From positions 3,629 to 67,628 of the forward strand of contig JACRMB010000004.1 in the NCBI GenBank assembly GCA_016235065.1: DNA of 64,000 nucleotides, in the 5' to 3' direction. Position 1 is the first letter of the stretch. Each line of letters begins with the position of its first letter. The translations under genes were made by a program, and so were the position numbers. This document shows, piece after piece, positions 56,100 through 64,000 of this stretch. The notes under the pieces are model-generated. The model saw only the letters and a list, made by a program, of their open reading frames with translations, had not been told where the DNA came from and searched no databases. Source of the stretch: Actinomycetota bacterium. Lineage in GTDB: Bacteria > Actinomycetota > Thermoleophilia > BMS3ABIN01.

Positions 56100-58367
56100 A
56101 TGCCTGCCACACCGGACAACAGCGAACGGAACTCCCGTCTTCAGGCCGACGGCGGATTCTGGCTGGACCTGCGCCTGCCGGAAGTGCTCGCGGATGTGAC
56201 CGCGGCCCGCGCCGGCGGCAAGGCCGCCAACCTGGCGCGGCTGGCAGAACTGGGTCTGCCGACTCCGAGGGCCGTTGTCCTTACGACCGATGCCTGGCAT
56301 TTTTTTCTGGATAGTGCCGGCCTAAGGCCGCGGCTTGAGGCGGCACTGACCCTGCTTGAATCGGCGCCGGATGAAGCTGAGGCGCCGGCACGGATGATCA
56401 ACCTGCTCATCACGAAGGCGCCGATGCCGGCGGTGCTCGAGGAACAGATCCGTGAAGTATACGATGACCTTTCCGGGTGCGGCGCCGATCCCATCGCCGT
56501 CCGCAGTTCCGGTTCCTATGAAGACAGCGCTGATGCCTCCTTCTCCGGGATGCTCTCGACCGTGCTCGGCATCAGCGGCATCGAAGGGGTGTTCGCGGCG
56601 ATCCGGAAATGCTGGAGTTCAGGTTTCAATGCGCGCGGGCTTCGTTATCTGGTGAGGATGGGCCTGGATCCTTCGGGGATGGCGGTGGCGCTCCTCTTCC
56701 AGCAGATGGTGAAAGCAAAAAGTTCGGGAGTCCTTTTCACTGTCGATCCCGCAACCGGCGACCAGGACACCGCGGTGCTGGAGGCCGCATATGGTTATGG
56801 GCCGGGAGTGGTGTCCGGCAACGTGACTCCCGACTTGTACCGGATCAGGAAAAGCGATTTTGAGATCGTCCACAGGGACTCGCGCCCCCAGGAATATTAT
56901 TACGACGCCAACGGCCAGCGGCAGGATGTGAAGCCCGACAATCGTGAAGCGACCAAACTGACCGATGATCAGGTCCGCGAGCTGGTGGGATATGGACTCA
57001 AGGCGGAACTGGAACTCGGTGCCCCCCAGGATATCGAATGGTGCCTCGGGCCTGACGGACTGGTCCTGTTGCAGACGCGGCCGGTAACGGGGCTCGAACG
57101 CCTGTCGCTACGGCAGAAGAAATACACCCGGCCTGAGATAGTCATGGTCCGCGGTATCGGCGTCAGCCCGCGGATCGGCTGGGGAGAGGTCGTGAACGCG
57201 GATCCGGAGAAGGGGATGCCGGATACCGTCAAGGGGAAAGTCGTGGTCCTCAGGCGGCTCACCCAGGATCTCGCTCCCGGCCTCAAGGACGCCGCCGCGG
57301 TCATTGCCGACCAGGGCGGCGCTACCAGCCACGGCGCCAACATCCTGCGTGAGTTCCAGGTACCGTGCGTGGTCGGCACCCGCTACGGCCAGGATGTCCT
57401 CCACGACGGCGATATCGTCACTGTTGACGGCTGGCGTGGTCTGGTCCTCGACGGCATCGGCCCCAGGGTCAAGGAGAGGGATTTCGGCCCCGAGCACATG
57501 CTGAAAACGCGGACGCGGCTGATGACCACCATCAACGTCCCCGAGTCTGCGGAGAAAGCTGCCGCCATCGCCGACGGCGTCATCTCCTTCCGCAACGATT
57601 ACCTGCTGCTGCAGGGCGGGGTGCATCCCCGGCGGCTGCTGCAGAGCGGCAAGGGAGAGATCCTGACCGGCTCGGTGCTGGAGGCGTTGCAGGTCGTGGC
57701 CACCGCCTTCAAGGGAAAGCCTGTCTGGTACAAGACTCTCGACGCCCCCACCGATGATTTCCGGCGCCTGCGTGGCGGGGAGGACGAACCACTGGAGCGT
57801 AATCCTCTGCTTGGCTGGCGGGGGATCCGCCGGGAGCTGGAGGATTCGACCCTGCTGCGCGCCGAGTACGAAGCGGTGCGCCAGGCGGTCGAATCAGGCT
57901 GTGGCAATCTGGGCATCAAAGTCCCCTTCATCCGCAGCGTCGAGGAGTATGAATGGGCCCGTCAGGTAGCGATCGATGTCGGGCTTAAACCTCATGAAGA
58001 CGTGGCTTTCGGAGCTTCCATCGAGACACCGGCGGCAGCTATGACCCTCGACCGGATCCTCGATGCCCAGACCGACTTCATCAGCGTCGGCATCAACGAC
58101 ATGACCATGTGCTGTCTGGGGGTCGACCGCGAGAGTGAGAGAGTCGCTGAGCTTTTCGACCCCGCCCATCCGGCGGTCATACAGCTGCTGGCGGAGATCG
58201 CCAGGCGCGGCAAGGGGCGTACGATTCTGGCTGCAGCAGGCGATATCGCCCAGAGTCCCCGGCTGATGGAGGAGCTGATCCGCCTGGGGTTCGATGCTAT
58301 CGGTATCTCCCTGCCCTATCTGGGAACGGTGAGGGCGCAGGTGGCTAAGTGGGAGGAAGAAGGGTAG
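56100..58367 (+). CDS. PEP-utilising enzyme, phosphoenolpyruvate synthase (pyruvate, water dikinase) family
   Basis: N-terminal ATP-grasp (IAVRSSGSYEDSADASFSGM), central phospho-His domain (GGATSHGANILREFQVPCVVG), C-terminal PEP-binding barrel (GINDMTMCCLGVDRES); ATG at 56100 preferred. Confidence 0.8.
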   Translation: MPATPDNSERNSRLQADGGFWLDLRLPEVLADVTAARAGGKAANLARLAELGLPTPRAVVLTTDAWHFFLDSAGLRPRLEAALTLLESAPDEAEAPARMINLLITKAPMPAVLEEQIREVYDDLSGCGADPIAVRSSGSYEDSADASFSGMLSTVLGISGIEGVFAAIRKCWSSGFNARGLRYLVRMGLDPSGMAVALLFQQMVKAKSSGVLFTVDPATGDQDTAVLEAAYGYGPGVVSGNVTPDLYRIRKSDFEIVHRDSRPQEYYYDANGQRQDVKPDNREATKLTDDQVRELVGYGLKAELELGAPQDIEWCLGPDGLVLLQTRPVTGLERLSLRQKKYTRPEIVMVRGIGVSPRIGWGEVVNADPEKGMPDTVKGKVVVLRRLTQDLAPGLKDAAAVIADQGGATSHGANILREFQVPCVVGTRYGQDVLHDGDIVTVDGWRGLVLDGIGPRVKERDFGPEHMLKTRTRLMTTINVPESAEKAAAIADGVISFRNDYLLLQGGVHPRRLLQSGKGEILTGSVLEALQVVATAFKGKPVWYKTLDAPTDDFRRLRGGEDEPLERNPLLGWRGIRRELEDSTLLRAEYEAVRQAVESGCGNLGIKVPFIRSVEEYEWARQVAIDVGLKPHEDVAFGASIETPAAAMTLDRILDAQTDFISVGINDMTMCCLGVDRESERVAELFDPAHPAVIQLLAEIARRGKGRTILAAAGDIAQSPRLMEELIRLGFDAIGISLPYLGTVRAQVAKWEEEG

Positions 58368-58994
58368 CTAAAGCTCGCCTTCGTAAGTAAGCAACTCGTC
58401 GGCCGCGTCTTCGATGCTGTCAGCTATGCGGCCTGTCGTCAGGATCAGACGCCAGAATATGATAGTGCTCCAGGTGTCGAACTGCAGCCCGCTCGCCTTG
58501 CGCTGCATCTCGAACTCGATGTCGTCGACGCTCTCCTCCAGGTCGCTTATCCGCGCGGCATATTCCATGCGGCGCTCCGGGGGTTCGCTGAGGCAGTGGA
58601 TCGCTTCGGCCAGGTCGGCCATCGCCGCCTGTGAGAGCGAGACCATCTTCACCAGGTCACCCTTGAGTTCCGGCGGCAGCAGCAGGTCCTGGATGATGAG
58701 CAGGAAGCGTCCGGCGCGGCGGGCGGTATCGGCTACGTCATCGGTGAAATGGACAAGCCTGCGGAACAGATCTCCCTTGGCGTGAGCCAGCTCGGCATGG
58801 GATAGCTCGCGGGTGACGCTGCGGCGCAGGGAGTCGGCTTCCTTTTCGAAGTTGGAAAGCTCGGCGGTGAATTTGCCGAGCGCTTCGCGGTCGCCCCGCT
58901 GCCACGCTTCAGCAGCACTTTTCAGGGCGTGCACCGCCATAACAACCTTCTGGCTGTGCGCTATGAGCAGGCTATGTATTTTATCGCTCATCAA
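58368..58994 (-). CDS. PhoU-like / DUF47-family helical protein
   Basis: All-helical ~200-aa protein with repeated acidic E/D-rich motifs; family assignment tentative. Confidence 0.4.
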   Translation of the reverse strand: MMSDKIHSLLIAHSQKVVMAVHALKSAAEAWQRGDREALGKFTAELSNFEKEADSLRRSVTRELSHAELAHAKGDLFRRLVHFTDDVADTARRAGRFLLIIQDLLLPPELKGDLVKMVSLSQAAMADLAEAIHCLSEPPERRMEYAARISDLEESVDDIEFEMQRKASGLQFDTWSTIIFWRLILTTGRIADSIEDAADELLTYEGEL

Positions 58995-59155
58995 GGATCC
59001 TCCATGATCCGCGGGTACGCTGCCTGATACAATTCGCTCAACTCTCCCTGGGTTTTACCCGAACCTGCCAGGGGTATAATCCTATTGGGAAAGATCAAGT
59101 ACAAACAATGGAGGGATGACCTGTTGAGTGGGTCAACAGGTTATCATCTCTCAAA

Positions 59156-59183
59156 GGCCCGGATCGTCCGGGCCTTTTCTTTT
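59156..59183. terminator. GC hairpin with T-tract (intrinsic terminator, possibly bidirectional)
   Basis: GGCCCGGA-tcgt-CCGGGCC followed by TTTTCTTTT on the plus strand; lies downstream of the minus-strand MTH1187-like gene; a second hairpin CCTGTTGA-gtgg-TCAACAGG at 59120..59140. Confidence 0.4.
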
Positions 59184-59200
59184 GCCGTCAAACGGAACCC

Positions 59201-59254
59201 GTCAACGAAATCCCTCCAGTTTGCCTTCCAGGCCGGTCAACGAAATCCCTCCAG
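59201..59254 (+). repeat. 19-bp direct repeat GTCAACGAAATCCCTCCAG (2 copies, 35 bp apart)
   Basis: Copy 2 (59236..59254) is the last codons plus stop of the MTH1187-like gene; copy 1 (59201..59219) duplicates it just downstream. Confidence 0.6.
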
Positions 59255-59533
59255 CTTTCCCTCGATCGTGAGCCCGCTGTCGCGGTCGTCGATCTTGATG
59301 CTGGTTATCACGCGCCCGGCACCGGCGGCAAGCACCGCGCGGTGAGCGCTTTTGACCACTTCGAGGACCTCGTCGAGTGTTCCTTCCACCGTGGTGCCCA
59401 TGGCCCCGACCTCGAACTTGAGTCCGGCCTTTTCCACCTCGGCCACTGCCGCCTTCACGAAAGGTCTGAGCGACCCCTCGACGATGGGTATTACTGTGAA
59501 TTCCGCGACTACCATCCTGCCTCCCGAATGCAC
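59237..59533 (-). CDS. MTH1187/YkoF-family (DUF77) small protein
   Basis: VAEFTVIPIVEGSLRPFV...GLKFEVGAMGTTVEG; true start may be the second ATG at 59515 (GGGAGG just upstream). Confidence 0.7.
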   Translation of the reverse strand: MHSGGRMVVAEFTVIPIVEGSLRPFVKAAVAEVEKAGLKFEVGAMGTTVEGTLDEVLEVVKSAHRAVLAAGAGRVITSIKIDDRDSGLTIEGKLEGFR

Positions 59534-59896
59534 ATCGGACCGTACATTGCGTGCCTTCTTTCATGGACAGATACTGGTAGTCAGATATTGCCCCGGGAAC
59601 TGTTTAATAAAACACAAATGGGACCCGGAAAAGGCGAGGCCCCGGGTCGGGGCCCGGGGCCATGTCTCGGCGGATGAGTCAATCCACCAGTAAATCTGTA
59701 AGAATCAGGCGGTGGCGCCCCCTACTTACACCGATTCCGTATCTCAGCTGCGCTGCTATCTGCCGTATCCACATTTCCGCTGACAACGCCGCCGCCTGAT
59801 ATATTTATCGGGTCGTCCCCGGGGAAGCATGACCCGGGACTAATAAACCAGGGCTTTCCTTTACACTCCAACAGCGCACCTATACACTCTGATGCC

Positions 59897-61171
59897 ATGA
59901 AAATAACGCCGATACCAACAGCCATGAGGGATGTCCTGCCAGCGGAGGCAGGCGAGATCCGCCATCTCGAAGCCGCGATCTGCGGAGTCTTCGACAGCTT
60001 TGGCTATGGCGAGGTCATGACGCCCACGCTGGAGCTCGAAGAGGCAATCGAGACGGCTGGCGAGCAGCGCTTCGGCAGGTCGTTCCGTCTCTTCGACGAG
60101 CGTGGCGAGGTGCTTATGCTGCGGCCCGAGATGACCACTCCGATAGCGCGCCTGGTGGCTACCAGGATGGCAGACCGGGAGCCGCCCTTCCGCCTGTGCT
60201 ATTTCGCCAATTCTTTCCGGCCGACGAAGGCACAGCGTGGCCGCCAGTCCGAGTTCTTCCAGGCAGGACTGGAGCTGGTCGGCAGCGATTCGCCGGCGGT
60301 GGATGCCGAAGTCCTGGCGGTAGCCTGCGGCTCACTCGAAGTCTGCGGACTCACTGATTTTTCGATCGCCCTGGGTGAGGCTTCCTTTTTCAGGGCCCTG
60401 CTTGACAGCATCGGTGTCGCCGGCACGGATCGCATCTCCCTGTTCGAAGCCCTTGCCGGCCGCGACCTGGTAAAGTTCGGGTCGGTGGTCGAGGGGCTTG
60501 ATATCAGCGGGAAGGACCGGCAGGCGATCCTGGATGTGATCGCGCTGCGTGGCGGGTCAGAAGTGCTTGTCGCCGCTAAAGACCTCGTGCGTGGCGAAGC
60601 GATGGAAGCGGCTCTGACGCGGCTGGCGCGTACATATTATCTGGTCAGCCGTCATGGTTATGCCGGACGCATACTCTTCGACCTGGGCATCCTCAGGAAT
60701 TTTGATTATTACACCGGCATCGTCTTCGAGGTGCTGAGCGGAGACCTTGGTTTCCCCCTCGGGGGAGGTGGGCGCTATGACAGCCTGCTCGCCCGGTTCG
60801 GGCGGCCGCTTCCAGCTGTGGGATTCGCAGTGGGACTGGACCGCCTGCACATAGCTGTCACCAGGCAGGGTGGCGTTGCCATGCCGGGGAGTCGTGGCCT
60901 GGCGCTGGCAGGCGGCCTGGATCCCGCCCTGGATCTGGCGAGAGAGTTGAGGGAAGCCGGCGTGCCGGTCTCGGCTTTCGCCAGGGATACTGGTGCGGAC
61001 GAGCTATTGCGCCATGCGGCTGCTGCTGACCTGCCCTGGGCTGCCATCCCCGAAGGCGACGGCTATCTGCTGTTCGATTCGGCTTCCCCAGAAGGGATTG
61101 CTGCTGAAGGGATTAATGTGTCGCCGGAGGAACTCATAAGCAGGCTGACCGGCTCAGGCGGGCGGTCCTGA
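59897..61171 (+). CDS. hisZ: ATP phosphoribosyltransferase regulatory subunit HisZ (HisRS-like)
   Basis: Class II aaRS catalytic-core motifs (FRLFDERGEVLMLRPEMTTPIARL) without an anticodon-binding domain; directly upstream of short-form hisG with overlapping stop/start. Confidence 0.75.
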   Translation: MKITPIPTAMRDVLPAEAGEIRHLEAAICGVFDSFGYGEVMTPTLELEEAIETAGEQRFGRSFRLFDERGEVLMLRPEMTTPIARLVATRMADREPPFRLCYFANSFRPTKAQRGRQSEFFQAGLELVGSDSPAVDAEVLAVACGSLEVCGLTDFSIALGEASFFRALLDSIGVAGTDRISLFEALAGRDLVKFGSVVEGLDISGKDRQAILDVIALRGGSEVLVAAKDLVRGEAMEAALTRLARTYYLVSRHGYAGRILFDLGILRNFDYYTGIVFEVLSGDLGFPLGGGGRYDSLLARFGRPLPAVGFAVGLDRLHIAVTRQGGVAMPGSRGLALAGGLDPALDLARELREAGVPVSAFARDTGADELLRHAAAADLPWAAIPEGDGYLLFDSASPEGIAAEGINVSPEELISRLTGSGGRS

Positions 61172-61833
61172 TGAACCGCTCACCCCTCGATCCCGGGATC
61201 CTGCGGCTGGCAGTGCCTCGCGGCAGCCTCTTTAACGAAACCATTGATATCCTCGAGGAGGTCGGTTTCAATATCGCCGAGCTGAGGCACAATGACCGCA
61301 AGCTCCAGTTCGAAGTCGGTCCGGGCCGGACCATAATCACCACGAGGCCCTCTGATGTCCCGACTTATGTGGAGTACGGCGCCTCGGACGTCGGGATTGT
61401 CGGCAAGGACGTGCTGCTGGAGCACCGGCGTGACGTCTACGAGTTGCTCGATATGGGTTACGGCCGCTGCCGGGTCGTCTATGCGACGCCTTCAGACCGG
61501 GATCCGGAGGATGAGGAACTCAAACATCTTGGCATCATGAGAGTCGCAACCAAATTTCCCAATATCACAAGAGCTTATTTCGAAGGCCTTGGCAAACAGG
61601 TAGAGACGATCGAGCTGCGCGGCTCTATCGAACTGGCGCCTCAGGTCGATCTGGCTGAAGGCATAGTCGACCTGACCGCCACGGGCGTCACCCTGAAGGA
61701 GAACAAACTGGTCGAGCGGGCGGAGATAGCCGTCTGTACCGCCAGGCTCATCGCAAACCGTGTTTCTCATAAACTCAAAGCCGGGATGATCAACGAACTC
61801 ACCCGGCGCCTTAAGGGGGTAACCGGGAGTTAG
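61171..61833 (+). CDS. hisG: ATP phosphoribosyltransferase, short form
   Basis: LRLAVPRGSLFNETIDILEEVGF...YVEYGASDVGIVGKDVLLEH. Confidence 0.9.
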   Translation: MNRSPLDPGILRLAVPRGSLFNETIDILEEVGFNIAELRHNDRKLQFEVGPGRTIITTRPSDVPTYVEYGASDVGIVGKDVLLEHRRDVYELLDMGYGRCRVVYATPSDRDPEDEELKHLGIMRVATKFPNITRAYFEGLGKQVETIELRGSIELAPQVDLAEGIVDLTATGVTLKENKLVERAEIAVCTARLIANRVSHKLKAGMINELTRRLKGVTGS

Positions 61834-63156
61834 ATGCAGATCAATCGCTACAACCTGAACAGGGATAATATCCCGGAGCTGGTAAAAAAATTGAGAGTGG
61901 AACCAGGAGAGGACGATAGCGTCCGTGAGCTGGTGGAGGAGATAATCGGGCGGGTCCGCCGGGAAGGCGACGCGGCGCTGGCCGCGCTCACGCGTGAATT
62001 CGACTGCCCGGACTTCAGTGTGGACCAGCTGCGCGTACCCCCGGAAGAGCTTGCCGAGGCCGCCGCGGCCGCTCCCGCGTCGTTGATGGACGCCCTCAAG
62101 ACCGCCTCCGAGAACATCCGGCTCTTCCATCAACACGAGATGCGCGGCAGCTGGACGGCGACCATGCGTCACAGCCAGATGCTGGGCCAACGGATGATCC
62201 CGGTGGACCGCGCGGGGCTGTACGTCCCCGGTGGCGGAGCAGCCTATCCTTCCACAGTGCTCATGACTGCTATCCCGGCGCAGGTTGCCGGAGTCAAGGA
62301 GATCTTTATCTGCACACCGCCAGGCGTGGACGGACAGGTCAACCAGGCGGTGATGGCGGCGGCACAGATGCTGGGCGTCAATGAGGTCTACCGCGTCGGC
62401 GGGGCCCAGGCTGTGGCCGCCATGGCTTTCGGCACCGACATGATCCGGCCAGCGGACGTGATAGTCGGGCCCGGTAACATCTTCGTCACCGAGGCCAAGC
62501 GCCAGGTCTACGGCCGCGTTGGGCTCGACAGCCTCGCCGGTCCCAGTGAAGTGATCATAATCGCCAGCGATTCCGCCCAGCCCGACCTGATCGCTGCCGA
62601 CCTGCTGGCTCAGGTCGAGCACGGCAGCGGCGCCATCGCCATCCTGGCATGCTGGTCCACGGATCTTGCCGGCGCTGTCGAGAAACAGGTGTTCGCGCTG
62701 GCGGAAGAGCTGGGTATGGACACGGCACTGCTCGACCAGATCTCGATAATCCTGGCCGAAGGGCCGGATCCCATCGATCTGGCGGTTACTTTCAGCAACG
62801 CCTTCGCGCCGGAGCATCTGCAGATACATACCGAACATCCCGAACAGGAAGTCCATGAAGTCACTGCTGCCGGTGCTGTCTTCCTCGGCGAGGATGTGTG
62901 TACTGCCTATGGCGACTATGTCGCCGGCTCGAATCACGTCCTGCCCACCGCGGGTACGGCTCGATTCGGCTCGGCGCTGTCGGTGGAAAATTTCCTGTGC
63001 AAGGTGGCTGTGATATCCTTGATTCCGACGGCGATCACCGAGCTGACGCCACCATTAGTGGAGATCGCGAGGGCCGAGGGGCTGGTAGCCCACGCCCGCG
63101 CGGCGGAACTCAGGCAGGAGAAGTTCGGCATGCCTGAGAATGAGGAAGATGACTGA
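61834..63156 (+). CDS. hisD: histidinol dehydrogenase
   Basis: Length and motifs (GLYVPGGGAAYPSTVLMTAIPAQVAGV, VGPGNIFVTEAKRQV, HVLPTAGTARF) match HisD. Confidence 0.9.
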   Translation: MQINRYNLNRDNIPELVKKLRVEPGEDDSVRELVEEIIGRVRREGDAALAALTREFDCPDFSVDQLRVPPEELAEAAAAAPASLMDALKTASENIRLFHQHEMRGSWTATMRHSQMLGQRMIPVDRAGLYVPGGGAAYPSTVLMTAIPAQVAGVKEIFICTPPGVDGQVNQAVMAAAQMLGVNEVYRVGGAQAVAAMAFGTDMIRPADVIVGPGNIFVTEAKRQVYGRVGLDSLAGPSEVIIIASDSAQPDLIAADLLAQVEHGSGAIAILACWSTDLAGAVEKQVFALAEELGMDTALLDQISIILAEGPDPIDLAVTFSNAFAPEHLQIHTEHPEQEVHEVTAAGAVFLGEDVCTAYGDYVAGSNHVLPTAGTARFGSALSVENFLCKVAVISLIPTAITELTPPLVEIARAEGLVAHARAAELRQEKFGMPENEEDD

Positions 63157-63245
63157 GCGCAGCGTTTGACTCAGGCGCCGGCGCTGTCCGGCACCTGCAT
63201 GCACTCAGGCTGGCAAACACAATCTTTTAGAAAGGAACGGGCCCG

Positions 63246-63833
63246 ATGTCACGAACCGCGACCATCGAACGGACCACTTCCGAGACTGACATAACCGTAA
63301 AGCTGAACGTGGACGGTACCGGCGAGTCGAAGATCGATACCGGCGTCGGCTTTTTCGACCACATGCTGACCCTGTTCGCCAAGCATGGCCACTTCGACCT
63401 GGACGTCGACGCCAAGGGCGACCTGCAGGTCGACGGGCATCACACGGTCGAGGATGTGGGCATATGCCTGGGCCAGGCATTCAGGGAAGCCCTCGGCACC
63501 AAGGAAGGCATCGCCCGCTACGGCTTTTTCATCCTGCCCATGGACGAAGCCCTGGCTACCGTCGCACTCGATATCAGCGGCCGGCCCTACCTTGCCTACA
63601 ATCTGGACATGACCGCTTCGAAGGTCGGCGGCTTCGATACCGACCTCACCCACGAGTTCTTCCAGGCGTTCATCACTAACGGTGGCGTTTCCATGCATGT
63701 GCGCCTGCAGGCGGGCACCAATCCGCATCATGTGATCGAGGCCGTCTTCAAGGCGTTCGCCCGGGCGATGGATGTGGCCACGACTATCGATCCACGAATC
63801 ACCGGAGTGCAGTCCACCAAGGGCATGCTCTAA
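63246..63833 (+). CDS. hisB: imidazoleglycerol-phosphate dehydratase
   Basis: TSETDITVKLNVDGTG...GFFDHMLTLFAKHGHFDLDV...DGHHTVEDVGICLG. Confidence 0.9.
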   Translation: MSRTATIERTTSETDITVKLNVDGTGESKIDTGVGFFDHMLTLFAKHGHFDLDVDAKGDLQVDGHHTVEDVGICLGQAFREALGTKEGIARYGFFILPMDEALATVALDISGRPYLAYNLDMTASKVGGFDTDLTHEFFQAFITNGGVSMHVRLQAGTNPHHVIEAVFKAFARAMDVATTIDPRITGVQSTKGML

Positions 63834-63902
63834 GCAGCCCCTGCCAGTATTCATGAACCCCAGCGCCTTTTCTCGACCAGCCTTCAGCCTCGGATGTCAT
63901 CG

Positions 63903-64000
63903 ATGATAACCATCGTCGACTACGGAATGGGCAACCTCCGCAGCGTGGAGAAAGCTCTGCAGAAAGTGGGCGCCGAGGTCACAGTCAGCCGTGATCCTGA
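63903..64000 (+). CDS. hisH: imidazole glycerol phosphate synthase, glutamine amidotransferase subunit (3' partial at window end)
   Basis: [32 protein letters not shown] is the canonical HisH N-terminus; gene runs off the window. Confidence 0.8.
   Translation, partial: MITIVDYGMGNLRSVEKALQKVGAEVTVSRDP

Noticed and set aside
59722-59925. 67-aa minus-strand ORF in the hisZ upstream leader
   Set aside because: Overlaps the hisZ start and a structured GC-rich leader; no RBS or motifs; likely non-coding.
61492-62937. 481-aa minus-strand ORF overlapping hisG and hisD
   Set aside because: Antisense to two well-supported his genes; Arg/Gly/Asp-rich low-complexity translation typical of a spurious high-G+C reverse frame.

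Overview
64-kb high-G+C bacterial chromosomal segment (GGAGG-type ribosome-binding sites, frequent GTG/TTG starts). I call about 55 protein-coding genes, one tRNA-Leu(CAA) and a duplicated 57-bp tRNA 3' fragment. Cell-envelope content dominates: a 5'-truncated giant beta-helix/Ig-like surface protein (>2,350 aa), three further large secreted proteins (beta-propeller, LVIVD-repeat, Ig-like) that share a ~105-aa C-terminal repeat module I cannot assign to any family I know, two LPSTG-type sortase substrates, several lipoprotein hydrolases, a hybrid histidine kinase with a CxxCH heme-c motif in its periplasmic domain, an ABC-2 exporter and a GT8-like/GT4 glycosyltransferase cluster. Also present: a heliorhodopsin directly downstream of a lexA/Y-family polymerase SOS cassette, yajQ, a TetR-MMPL pair with a triple-palindrome operator, a CoA-disulfide reductase-rhodanese fusion, a PEP synthase-like enzyme and the start of a histidine operon (hisZ-G-D-B-H). 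A ~4.8-kb segment bounded by tRNA-Leu and a direct repeat of its 3' half looks like a decayed integrated element (no integrase, frameshifted higA-like antitoxin). All calls come from manual reading of the six-frame track and motif recognition from memory; no database search, HMM scan or folding calculation was run.
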